NCBI RefSeq assembly: GCF_006345805.1
Contig: NW_021832593.1
Location: 1 to 64,000, forward strand
Source of the DNA: Octopus sinensis
Lineage: Eukaryota
DNA length: 64,000 nt
Direction of reading: 5' to 3'
Shown here in pieces: positions 1 through 11,190 of this stretch. Below the pieces are notes generated by a model that was not told the origin of the DNA, ran no database searches, and saw nothing but the letters and a program-made list of their open reading frames with translations. A program made the position numbers and the translations under genes. Numbering within the stretch: the first letter of the stretch is position 1; each line of letters opens with the position of its first letter.

Positions 1-260
1 CAGATGTATGCCTGAGCACAACAACACAGACACAATGCGCATATGTATATATTAGTGCCTACTCATATTGACTGATATTTCAAGGCGTTTCTGTTGTATT
101 ATATTTCTCATGCCGCCGTTTGTATTCAGTTTACTCCAAATATAATAACGTAGTCGGTTCTTTACTTATAGATTGCTAGTTCATACATGTTATGTACCAC
201 AAATATGTGATCCAAGCTATCTTTCTCCCTTTCGATCTCTCCCTCTCTTTATATAAATAC

Positions 261-573
261 ACATATGTGGAGGCACAATGACCCAGTGGTTAGGGCAACG
301 GACTCGCGGTCGTAGGATCGCGGTTTCGATTCCCAGACCGGGTGTTGTGAGTGTTTATTGAACGAAAACACCTAAAAGCTCCACGAGGCTCCGGCAGGGA
401 CCCGTGGTGATCCCTGCTGTACTCTTTCACCACAACTTTCTCTCACTCTTTCTTCTGTTGGCCTGCTCGCTTAGCCAATGGGGTGGCGTCATTGAAGGCT
501 AAAACAATGCGAACCGCATTGTGACCAGCAATGTGTAGCAACATCTGATGGCCTGGTCGGTTACGTGACGTGA
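261..573 (+). mobile_element. tRNA-derived SINE, family D (full copy)
   Basis: Pol III-like A box (ACCCAGTGGTTAGGG) and B box (GGTTTCGATTCCC); highly similar inverted copy at 2128-2422; ends in (TA)n. Confidence 0.85.
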
Positions 574-585
574 TATATATATATA

Positions 586-623
<38 letters not shown>

Positions 624-699
624 GTGTATGTATGTATTGTGTATATATATATATATATATATACTAAAAATTCTATACTTATGAGTATAATTTACTCTT

Positions 700-930
700 T
701 ATCTGCGTGAGTTGTTGAGTATTGCTGTCCGGGAGATTTTCTTATGGTAGTGAAATAGTTTTAACTGCTATTTCTAAATTTCGGTATGTGGTGAAACAAA
801 TTTTTTATGAACCCTAATTATAATTATACTTATAATTATCGAATTTTTTTAATAAGTTTACCGATAATGGTTCTTTTAGTATACCGAACTACTTGGTAAA
901 ATTACTAATTATTAATTAATTTTACCCATT
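700..930. repeat. Diverged relative of the 27001-27268 repeat unit
   Basis: Shares GAGATTTTCT...GAAATAG...CTGCTATTTCTA and ACTTGGT.AAATT..TAAT.ATTAATTAATTTT with the 27 kb unit. Confidence 0.5.
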
Positions 931-954
931 ATTATATATATATATGTATGTATG

Positions 955-1004
<50 letters not shown>

Positions 1005-1012
1005 ATATATAT

Positions 1013-1054
<42 letters not shown>

Positions 1055-2127
1055 ATTTCAAGCATACATGCGCATGTGCATGTCTGTGTTGAGGTAATGT
1101 GTATCAAAACTAGGAAAATGCGTCAGTTGCAAATTTGAATGTTGAGAAAATGCTCCGTAAGTTTTCGGTTTGTCGTCTGCTCTTGTATCCGAAAACATTT
1201 AGAAAGGTTACGGTACTACTTCTGTCTATTTCTAACAACTAAGCAGGATAACACCATTAATTTAACAAACTTACAAAATATTCAAAGGAATGTTTGCCAA
1301 TCAATAGCTACCGAAGCATGGCGCACCGACTGAACAGCGATTGGGACTTTTTCTTCTCAAGTACATTCTATGAAGCCATTTTTAAACACTATTCATTAGA
1401 ACACGCCTTCTCCATTTAAATAGCCATTTCTGTGATCTGAGTGTAGTTATGTTAATAATATTGAATATGCTGAAGCGATCAATAAGTCTTTACTCCAAAA
1501 ACTCCACTGACTTGTGGAATTATTAGGTGTGTCCCTTTTAGTAATTAATTGGTTTTCTCTTAGGAATAAGAATTATTTATTAGATTATGTTTCTTCCGGT
1601 AAAACTGTAATTTACTTGAAGACAAGTTTTGATTAATGGAATGGCAAATCTCAGTCACTACGGTGCGTTGTTGTGTCTCATTTTCAATCTGGAGTCTGAT
1701 TGGTCATTTGTAGTTCTATCCTTTCTTCTGATCTTTTATCTTGTCATTACACTGCGTTCATTTAGCTGTAGACTGTATTTTCACTAAACGTAACAATTCT
1801 TTGATATTCCGAGATGGTGTTTATTTGAAGAGTATAGAACTTTCTTTTAGCAACAATCATCATCGGTTTCCTTAACGAGAGGCACAGAATTCTTTTACCG
1901 CAACATAGCCTGTATTCGTTGTAAATATATTGTTACGTCTGCAGTGCAATGTTAATGACTGATTGAAAGACTGCCGATTGTAAGTAATTAGGTTTGTAAC
2001 CAGACTATGTTTCGAGTGCAAGGAATCTGGTGAGGGTCTGCTTCTGTAACAATGGTAGTGAAATAATGTAAGTCAGTATGTTGGGATGTTGTGGCCGATG
2101 GAATATATATATATATATGTGTGTATA

Positions 2128-2422
2128 TCACCGTGACTGACCAGACTATCAGATGTTGCTACACATCGCTGGTCACAATGCGCTTCGCATTGTTTTAGCC
2201 TTCAAATGACGCCACCCCACTGGCTAAGCGAGCAGGCCAACAGAAGAAAGAGTGAGAGAAAGTTGTGGCGAAAGAGTACAGCAGGGATCGCCACCACCCC
2301 CTGCCGGAGCATCGTAGAGCTTTAGGCGTTTTCGCTCAATAAACATTCACAACGCCCGGTCTGGGAATCGAAACCGCGAGTCCGCTGCCCTAACCACTGG
2401 GTCGTTGCGCCTTCACATATGT
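2128..2422 (-). mobile_element. tRNA-derived SINE, family D (inverted copy)
   Basis: Reverse complement of 261-573 over nearly its whole length. Confidence 0.85.
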
Positions 2423-2446
2423 GTATATATCTACATCTATCTATCT

Positions 2447-2950
2447 AAAGAAATGGCAGAAATACTACAGAAACAATACTGCTCTGTCTTTAGTGATCCC
2501 ACTGATATTGACGTAAGAGAAGCGAACAAAGTTGATCCCCAACATAAAATCTCGAACATAGCCTTCACTGCCTCAAACATCATAGCAGCAATAAATGAGG
2601 TCAAATACTATTCTGCTGAAGGCCCTGATAGATTCCCCGCTAGTCTCCTGAAGGAATGTAGACACCAACTTGCAGTTCCTCTGACCAACATCTGGAGAAA
2701 TTTTTTAGACTCAGGTTATATACCGAAACAGCTCCTATCCCAGTCTGTCATCCCGGTTTTCAAACAGAGAAACAGATCCTTCGCAGTCAACCATTGCCCA
2801 ATTTCACTCACCTTCCACATCATTAAAGTGCTTGAAAGAGTGGTAACATCAAGGGTAGCTGACTTCCAGGAGATCCACAAACTCCTAAATGCAAATTAAC
2901 GGCTTTCGCTGTGGCAGGGACTGTCTAACACAGCTCTTACACCATCTTGG
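2447..2950 (+). pseudogene. CR1/L2/Jockey-group LINE reverse transcriptase fragment (N-terminal RT)
   Basis: ORF 2405-2899 has SAEGPDRFPASLLKEC, VIPVFK, PISLTFHIIKVLERVV; frameshifted continuation resembling HGFRxGRxCLTQLL. Confidence 0.85.
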
Positions 2951-3094
2951 GAACAGGTTCGAACTCTGACGTCATAATTTACATTGGTAATAAGGGAACA
3001 AAATATGAGTCTGCAATTATCAAAGAGTTCCATTTTTTGGTGTGAAATGGGTCAATTTGACGTTTCGGAAAATACAGGTGTTTCTGGTGGATAA

Positions 3095-3278
3095 TCTTTC
3101 ATCTTTTACAATTTATTCATTTCAGTCATTTAACTGCGGCCATTCTGGGGCAACGCCTTGAAGAAATTTTGGTCGAACGAATCGACCCTAGTGTTTATTA
3201 TGTTTAGAACCTCATACTTATTCTATCGGTTACTTTTGACGAACCACAAGGCTACGTGGACGTAAGCACACCAACACA
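3095..3278 (-). mobile_element. SINE family A, degenerate 3' part
   Basis: TTTCAGTCATTTAACTGCGGCCAT...TACTTATTCTATCGG matches the family A tail. Confidence 0.65.
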
Positions 3279-3434
3279 AAGACATATACACGCACACATG
3301 CACGCACCTACGCACACGCACATACATGCACACCCACATACACACGCGCACGCAAACTCACATCTCTCTCTCTTTCTCTGTCTATATTATATATATATAT
3401 ATGGATAGATAGATAGATATATATTTATATACAT

Positions 3435-3465
<31 letters not shown>

Positions 3466-3581
3466 TAGTGAGAAAGAGAAAGAAAGTGATAGATAGAAAG
3501 ATAAATAGATAGATACATAGATTGACAGGCAAACAGACAGACAGACAGACAGACATATAGATAGATATATAGGTAGATAGT

Positions 3582-3652
<71 letters not shown>

Positions 3653-3699
3653 AGTTTCTTTCGGTTTCCGCCTACCAAATCCACTGACAGAGCCTATAA

Positions 3700-3984
3700 T
3701 TATTCTGCCGGTCTCTTTTGCCGAACCGCTAAGTTATGGAAACATAGAAACACCAACATCGGCTGTGAAGCGATGACAGGGGTACAAGTACAGACACAAA
3801 TACGCGCGCGCACATGTATATACGATGAGCTTCTTTCAGTTTCCCTCTACCAAATCCACTCACAAGACTGGTTCGCCCGAAGCTATAGTTGAAGACACAT
3901 GGGAAAGGTGCCACGCAGTGGGACTGAACCCGAAGCCATTTGGTTGCAAAACAAGCTTCTTATCACACGGACACGCCTGCGCCT
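3700..3984 (-). mobile_element. SINE family A (tRNA head plus CORE-like segment)
   Basis: CTACCAAATCCACTCACAAG...GTGCCACGCAGTGGGACTGAACCC...CCTGCGCCT as in the other A copies. Confidence 0.8.
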
Positions 3985-3986
3985 AT

Positions 3987-4019
<33 letters not shown>

Positions 4020-4173
4020 CATACATGCATGCATTCATACTACATACATACATACATACATACATACATACATACATACATACATCTACACACACAATGC
4101 ATACATATTCTTTCATTCTTTTATATGCTTTAGCCTTGACGCTGCAGCCATGCTGGGGCACCTCCATTATATA

Positions 4174-4214
<41 letters not shown>

Positions 4215-4217
<3 letters not shown>

Positions 4218-4412
4218 TGTCCGGGTTGAGTCGGGTTAACCACAGTAAATAAGGTACTCAATACATAGCAGAGTAAAGTAATTTATTTTATTTTATAGAA
4301 GGAGCTTCTACAGGACTAGAACTGTTTCATTCAGATGAAATCTTCAGCTTCCTGAAGATTTCATCTGAATGAAACAGTTCTAGTCCTGTAGAAGCTCCTT
4401 CTATAAAATAAA
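4215..4412. mobile_element. Penelope-like terminal repeat as a perfect inverted repeat (arms 4287-4347 and 4352-4412, loop CTTC)
   Basis: 61-bp arms are exact reverse complements; contains a hammerhead motif and AATAAA; flanked by (TA)n. Inverted terminal copies are an established PLE feature. Confidence 0.7.
4346..4396 (+). ncRNA. Type I hammerhead ribozyme motif (family a)
   Basis: AGCTTC-CTGAAGA-TTTCATCTGAAT-GAAA-CAG-TTCTAGTC-CTG-TA-GAAGCT: 6-bp stem I, core, weak stem II, 4-bp stem III, GUA cleavage triplet. Confidence 0.75.
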
Positions 4413-4424
4413 TAATATACATAT

Positions 4425-4455
<31 letters not shown>

Positions 4456-4544
4456 TATATATGACAGTCTCTCCCTATAAGGCTTCTGCCGTTTTTTACT
4501 GAACAACCACACACATGATTTGTTTATGGTGATTAAATATTTGT

Positions 4545-4730
4545 GTTGCACATAGGTTCACTCCCTCCATCAAATCGACATTACTTGAACTTGTGCAACG
4601 AGTGCCACATGTCAGATGACGAAATGATCGCAGTCCAACAACGTGAAATGAAGCGCATTGCTCAAGAATACAATCCACGATCCCGCAGTCGAGAGTGCAA
4701 CACCCTAACCACAAAGTCATGCAGATCTTA
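4545..4730 (-). mobile_element. SINE family C, degenerate
   Basis: Minus strand GTGGTTAGGGTGTT...TTCTTGAGCAA...TTTCACGTTG resembles 38363-38690. Confidence 0.55.
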
Positions 4731-5747
4731 AGGGTGCTTTTCTTTTTCTTTTATCTTGCACGAAAACTGTAGTATCTTGCCGCTCTATGGTGTATATGCA
4801 TTAAGTATGATACATAGATGGCTATTTTAACGATTGTTTTTAACTTTGAAGTGTTTTTCTTGTATTGTTTCGTAAGTTAAGCTAACTACATTAACGTTAG
4901 ATAGATTAAATCGCAATCGCCATACGGAACTGGGACCGGCTTCATCATATTTTTATTAGACAGTATAGGATCTAACGAAGAAGATTCAGATATTAAATTA
5001 TAATCTTATTGATATATAATTGATTTACATATTGTAGGACGATGTTATTGTATTGAAAATTCTGTGCTATTTTAAGTACCACTAACTCCAATATCAGCGG
5101 ATTTATTTATCTTCAGAGAAGATTTCATTTTGGCACTGAAAAAGAAAAAAAAAATCACCTCCTGTACAGATTCCATATATTTCAATTTTCTATTATTTTT
5201 TAATATTTTTTGGTCTTTGTTTTGATTGTTGTTGTGTATTTGGGGGTTGGTGGTGTGGAAGGGTCAAAGAAACCATTCGGTGCACACACAAGAGTTCATC
5301 AATAAACGGAGAATGAGATTAAAGAAATTACCATTGTTGCAGCTAACTTGCCGACATCTTAACCATTCAAGCATTGAAAGTTCGCAGAACACAATGGATT
5401 CTCAGGAAATAGATTTCACGAAGGATTCTCTACGAGAGTAAACAAAGACACAAACAACAAACCAAACGCCAAAATCAATGTTCGTCAATTAAATATCGAT
5501 AAAGATAATTTAACAAAAACGGATGGGAGGCCCTCATTATCTGAAATATAGTTTGGTAGGTGCCTTTTTTTGTTGTTGCTGTTGTTGCTGCTGCTGCTGC
5601 TGATACAGAGGTCAAACCGAATTGAACAGATATAGTATAAACACCGTTATCTGTAGGGAACACCAGACATATTTTTACTCGGCTCGTAGATTTAAGAATA
5701 ATTAGATATATATATATATAATATATATATATACATACATATATATA

Positions 5748-5796
<49 letters not shown>

Positions 5797-6303
5797 ATAT
5801 ATATTATATTATAATATATATATATTAATATATATATAATTATATTTATATATATATGTCTGTTATTATGTCAATTATAATGCGAAAAGAATTTATTAAG
5901 TACATGAATTATTCACTGCTTTTTTGATAGATTACAACGAAAAATAAGGGCGACAGTGACTTTGAATTTTCAACTTGCTCGTCTTCGTCACACTGTATAT
6001 GTTGTAGTCGTTGTTGTTGTTGTTATCAAAGTGACACTGGGGTACAAATATACGAAGCCCAATATACCCATTATGACTACTCACCTGATAAGGGTACGCC
6101 AGGCATATGCATCACAACCATACGTACGTGATATGGTTACCTCATGATGAGATAAACAGTACCATGACCTTGCAGGTGGGGTCCAGTTAGAATTTACTTG
6201 AGGTCGAGTAGCCCGCCCCACTCAAAAGGTCCCTGAATAAGGGTTGTGTAAGGATGTTGAACAAAACACCCATGTTTCCAAAGGTGAATTATTCAAACAC
6301 CAA

Positions 6304-6401
<98 letters not shown>
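6304..6401. repeat. (ATT)n microsatellite
   Basis: About 32 perfect units. Confidence 0.95.
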
Positions 6402-6402
<1 letters not shown>

Positions 6403-6800
6403 AGGGCGCGAGCTGGCAGAAACGCTAGTACGCCGGGCGAAATGCGTAGCCGTATTTCGTCTGCCGTTACGTTCTGAGTTCAAATTCCGCCGAGGTTGAC
6501 TTTGTCTTTCATCCTTTCGGGGTTGATAAATTAAGCACCAGTTACGCACTGGGGTCGATGTAATCGACTTTATCCGTTCGTCTGTCCTTGTTTGTCCCCT
6601 CTGTGTTTAGCCCCTTGTGGGTAGTAAAGAAATAGGTATTTCGTCTGTCGCTATGTTCTGAGCTCAAATTCCGCTGAGGTCGACTTTGCCTTTCATCCTT
6701 TCGGGCTCGATAAATTAAGTACCAGTGATACACTGGTTTCGATGTAATAGACTGCATCCCCTCCCCTGAAATTGCTGGCCTTATGCCAAATTTGAACCAT
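6402..6800 (+). mobile_element. SINE family B, dimeric copy (one head, two bodies with different tails)
   Basis: Head GGCGCGAGCTGGCAGAA, B box GAGTTCAAATTCC, central GACTTTG.CTTTCATCCTTTCGGG..CGATAAATTAAG.ACCAG twice; junction AGGTAT/TTCGTCTG at about 6634-6647. Confidence 0.85.
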
Positions 6801-6889
6801 AATTATTATTATTGTTATTGTGTTTCTTCTCAGACGCTTAGTCTTATTTTCCTCTGGTTGATTCTGTGTGAGCGAATATTATAGACGGG

Positions 6890-7560
6890 CTTGTCCGAGG
6901 TGCGCGCAGAGTGCCGAAACCGTTCTGCACCCCCTCGTTCAATGTCCAGGCAGTTCCTGTCATATGTGGGGTGGATCCGTCTGTCGGGCGAGTCTGTAAT
7001 GATGATAGTCTAGTCGCTCTCCTTCAATCGGGCAGGCAAGGCAGTTTTCCTTTTGCTTGGTGGCTGTGGCGAAAGAGGTTGTTAGGTGAACAAGGCTGAA
7101 AGGCATGAGGACAGATACATTCACTTTTTTGGCAGAGCTTTCATTGACTTCTTCAAGTTTCACTTGAAAAAGAAATTGAGGTGGGGTGATTTTATGAAAA
7201 GGTTGGTGAAAGTTACGAAAATGGTAAGAGTAGATGGCACCACTCTCAGTGTAGACTTGTGAATCGGAGAGAAGGAATTAGAGAGGGCACTTGCTCCTGG
7301 GGTTTCAGAGAAATCTCGGACAGTGGGGTTCCTCGATTATTCCTAGAGGTCTTCCTGTATCAGGAGGGCCACATCTCTGTCATCCTCCTCGCCACTTTTT
7401 TTTAACCTTTGTATTTGTCCCTTCTTTTTCTGTGTATACCGTGTATACTTACTTTTCTTTCTTTTTTTTTTTATCATTTCACAATATGTAAACCCCCAAA
7501 CTTTATGTCTGTCTTTGTATTGTTCCTCTCATCTTTCGCTCTTGTGGCAAATAAATAAAA
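6890..7560 (+). mobile_element. 5'-truncated Tx1/L1-clade LINE: C-terminal zinc-finger region and 3' UTR
   Basis: Homologous to 25960-26760 (CPRCAQSAETVLHPLVQC; GGCGAAAGA; CTTCTTCAAGT.TCACTTGAA); ends GTGGCAAATAAATAAAA. Confidence 0.75.
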
Positions 7561-7590
7561 TCATTATTATTATCATTATTATTGTTGTTG

Positions 7591-7625
<35 letters not shown>

Positions 7626-7711
7626 TGGTGGTGGTGGTGATGTTATGATCATCATCATCATTATCGTCATCATTATCATCAGTAGTAGTGGTGGTGGTGG
7701 TGGTGGTAGTA

Positions 7712-7748
<37 letters not shown>

Positions 7749-8305
7749 TAGTAGTAGTAGTAGTAGTAGTAGAATATTATTATTAAGTAGTTTCTTTTGC
7801 TTTATTTTTTGCTTTTTGTGTAAGCGTGGTAAATGCGCCTCACTTTTTTTACATAATTGAAAAATCTTTATTATGTGTAATTAGATCTGCAAAAAATTAA
7901 AAAAAAAGCAACAAAAAACAAACAAAACAAAAACAAAACTAGAATGATTCAGCGAGTAAATTTGATACGGTTCAGGGTCAGTTATGTCTGATAGAATCAG
8001 ATTGTATGATGTCGTAATATGATTAGGAATTCTAGGACAAAGTTTCCCTCTAATGGCAGCGCGTTGTGAAGTAATATACACCAACGGCCACACACATCAG
8101 TCAGCTTTTACATTTCGCTTTTTACTTCATCTATTCACAACAGAATAAACAACTTTGTTTTCCTATTGTTTAATACTCTCCTCCCCCTCGTCCCCCTTCC
8201 TCCCTCCTTCCTTCTCCGCTCTTTCATGCATTTAAAAAAAAATTTGTCTCATCATTATTCCATTTTTCTGACTCTGAGTGAATGTATATGTGCATGTGTA
8301 TATAC

Positions 8306-8368
<63 letters not shown>

Positions 8369-8370
8369 AT

Positions 8371-8467
<97 letters not shown>

Positions 8468-8581
8468 CTACATATATTAGGAAGGAGAGGTCCATTAATA
8501 TGATAATGTGATATACAGTTCGATTAGAAGTCAATAAACCGAGAGAAATGCTGCAAATATTCTAAAGGTTTGGCAACAATT

Positions 8582-9036
8582 AGGCGCAGGAGTGGCTGTG
8601 TGGTAAGTAGCTTGCTTACCAACCACATGGTCCCTGGTTCAGTCCCACTGCGTGGCATCTTGGACAAGTGTCTTTTACAATAGCTTCGGGCGGACCAAAT
8701 CCTTGGTAGACGGAAACTGGAAGAAGCCCTTCATATATGTATATATATATATATATGTGTGTATGTATGTGTGCGTATATGTTTGTGCGTATATGTTTGT
8801 CTCCCCAACATCGCTATGTATGTATGTGTGCGTATATGTTTGTCTCCCCAACATCGCTTGACAACCGATGCTGGTGTGTTTATGTCCCCGTAACTTAGCG
8901 GTTCGGTAAAGAGACCGATAGGATAAGTACTAGGCTTACAGACAATAAGGTCTGGGGTCAATTTGCTCGACTAAAGGCGGTGCTACAGCATGGCCGCAGT
9001 CAAATGACTGAAACAAGTAAAAGAGTAAAAGAGTAA
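8582..9036 (+). mobile_element. SINE family A, full copy with internal microsatellite
   Basis: Head GGCGCAGGAGTGGCTGTGTGG, B box GGTTCAGTCCC, CORE-like CTTGGACAAG, tail CAGCATGGCCGCAGTCAAATGACTGAAAC(AAGTAAAAGAGT). Confidence 0.9.
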
Positions 9037-9344
9037 TTTAATATTTGTACACACTCACTAACACACTGTCACACACGCGCGCAGACACACACTCAGCACA
9101 CACGTACATACACACACCTACGCACACATTCACATAGATACAAACACAAACATCACAAACACACAAACACACACCGTGGCACTCAAATACTTATCTAGTC
9201 AGTTTGAACCATTCAAAGAAAGGTCCAGTATGAGGTTGAACAACTCGCTAGAAATAGCTAGCAATTCTCACTGACATCAAACCAAGTCGTCTTAACATTC
9301 TTCAGCGTTCAGTTCATTCTGTCAAATATGATGCTTATTTATTC

Positions 9345-10520
9345 TTTTTTCTTTCTTTACTACCCACAAGGGGAAACAAACAAAGAGAGACAGACGGATT
9401 AAGTCGATTACATCGACCCCAGTGTGTAACTGGTACTTATTTAATCGACCCCGATTACATCGACCCCAGTGTGTAACTGGTACTTATTTAATCGACCCCG
9501 AAAGGATGAAAGGCAAAGTCGAGCTCGGCGGAATTTGAACTCAGAATGTTAAACAGGCGAAATACCTACTTCTTTATTACCCACAAGGGCTAAACACAGA
9601 GAGGACAAACACAAATAGACAAACGGATTAAGTCGATTATATCGACCCCAGTGCGTAACTGGTACTTATTTAATCGACCCCGAAAGGATGAAAGGCAAAG
9701 TCGACCTCGGCGAATTTGAACTCAGAATGTTAAACAGACGAAATACCTACTTCTTTATTACCCACAAGGGCTAAACACAGAGAGGACAAACACAAATAGA
9801 CAAACGGATTAAGTCGATTATATCGACCCCAGTGCGTAACTGTACTTATTTAATCGACCCCGAAAGGATGAAAGGCAAGTCGACCTCGGCGGAATTTGAA
9901 CTCAGAATGTTAAACAGGCGAAATACCTACTTCTTTATTACCCACAAGGGCTAAAACAGAGAGGACAAACACAAATAGACAAACGGATTAAGTCGATTAT
10001 ATCGACCCCAGTGCGTAACTGGTACTTATTTAATCGACCCCGAAAGGATGAAAGGCAAAGTCGACCTCGGCGAATTTGAACTCAGAATGTTAAACAGACG
10101 AAATACCTACTTCTTTATTACCCACAAGGGCTAAACACAGAGAGGACAAACACAAATAGACAAACGGATTAAGTCGATTATATCGACCCCAGTGCGTAAC
10201 TGGTACTTATTTAATCGACCCCGAAAGGATGAAAGGCAAAGTCGACCTCGGCGAATTTGAACTCAGAATGTTAAACAGACGAAATACCTATTTCTTTACT
10301 ACCCACAAGGGCTAAACACAGAGAGGACAAACAAAAACAGACAAACGGATTAAGTCGATTATATCGACCCCAGTGCGTAACTGGTACTTATTTAATCGAC
10401 CCCGAAAGGATGAAAGGCAAAGTCGACCTCGGCGGAATTTGAACTCTGAACGTAGCGGCAGACGAAATACCGCTAAGCCTTTCGCCCAGCGTCTTAACGT
10501 TTCTGCCAGCTCGCCGCCTT
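9345..10520 (-). repeat. Tandem array of SINE-B bodies (~181-bp unit, five full units plus one degenerate) behind a single head
   Basis: GAAATACC recurs at 9559, 9740, 9920, 10100, 10281 and 10464; the tRNA-like head occurs once at about 10480-10520. Confidence 0.9.
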
Positions 10521-10824
10521 GTGTGATGCTTATTTATTGACATTGTAGCTGGTAGCTTTGAGATTTCGGTCACTTGATTGTTTATTTTCACAATGACATT
10601 GCAGCGTATGTATGATGGGCCAGATCTGGCAATTTTCAACATGAAAGAAAATATTTGTGCCTGATTTGGCCGATTTAAATGCCAAAAGATTATATACAAA
10701 AAAGACACACAGATACTTTTAAAAAAATGCGATAATCTCATGTTTGGAGCGCGTTGATCAGAATTAGCTGGTGGTTAAATAATTCTTTTCTAATTCTTGC
10801 TCAACGCCAGCAGTTTTCAGGTGA

Positions 10825-10985
10825 TAGGTAAGTATCTGAGTGGCACAACTGACAAATGTCTTATCATCCCGGAAAGGGCTGAAAATAAAGTTGATCTCGG
10901 CGGAATTTGAGCTCAGAACGTAAAGATCCGCAAGAAATGTTACATCTTGTTCACTTGCAACTTATTCTGCCAGCTCGCTGCCATT
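10825..10985 (-). mobile_element. SINE family B, degenerate
   Basis: CTCGGCGGAATTTGAGCTCAGAACG...CTGCCAGCTCGCTGCC. Confidence 0.7.
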
Positions 10986-11059
10986 TTGTTTAAATTAGGA
11001 ATCTCTGGTCATCCAATAACAGAATTAGTTTTAAAGAAATGTCAATATTTACAAGTTTG

Positions 11060-11190
11060 TTGAGGATGTTCGAGTGGCTGAATCAGTACAACGTTTGGAG
11101 CAGATTTCCATGTATTTGTTCCGGCTTTTAACGTTCTGAGTTCAATTCATGCTACTGTAAGTTTTGCCTTTTATCTCTTCATTAGATATT
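11060..11190 (+). mobile_element. SINE family B, very degenerate
   Basis: AACGTTCTGAGTTCAATTC...TTTTGCCTTTTATC. Confidence 0.5.

Noticed and set aside
6060-6300. Segment resembling a common octopus interspersed repeat
   Set aside because: Single copy in this window and only recalled from memory; cannot be supported from the sequence.
8582-8655. tRNA-like heads here and in other SINE copies as tRNA genes
   Set aside because: A and B boxes are present but no complete cloverleaf, and each continues into a shared SINE body.
9345-10520. Regular array as possible CRISPR or hammerhead retrozyme
   Set aside because: No unique spacers or cas genes; units are SINE bodies and contain no CTGANGA core on either strand.
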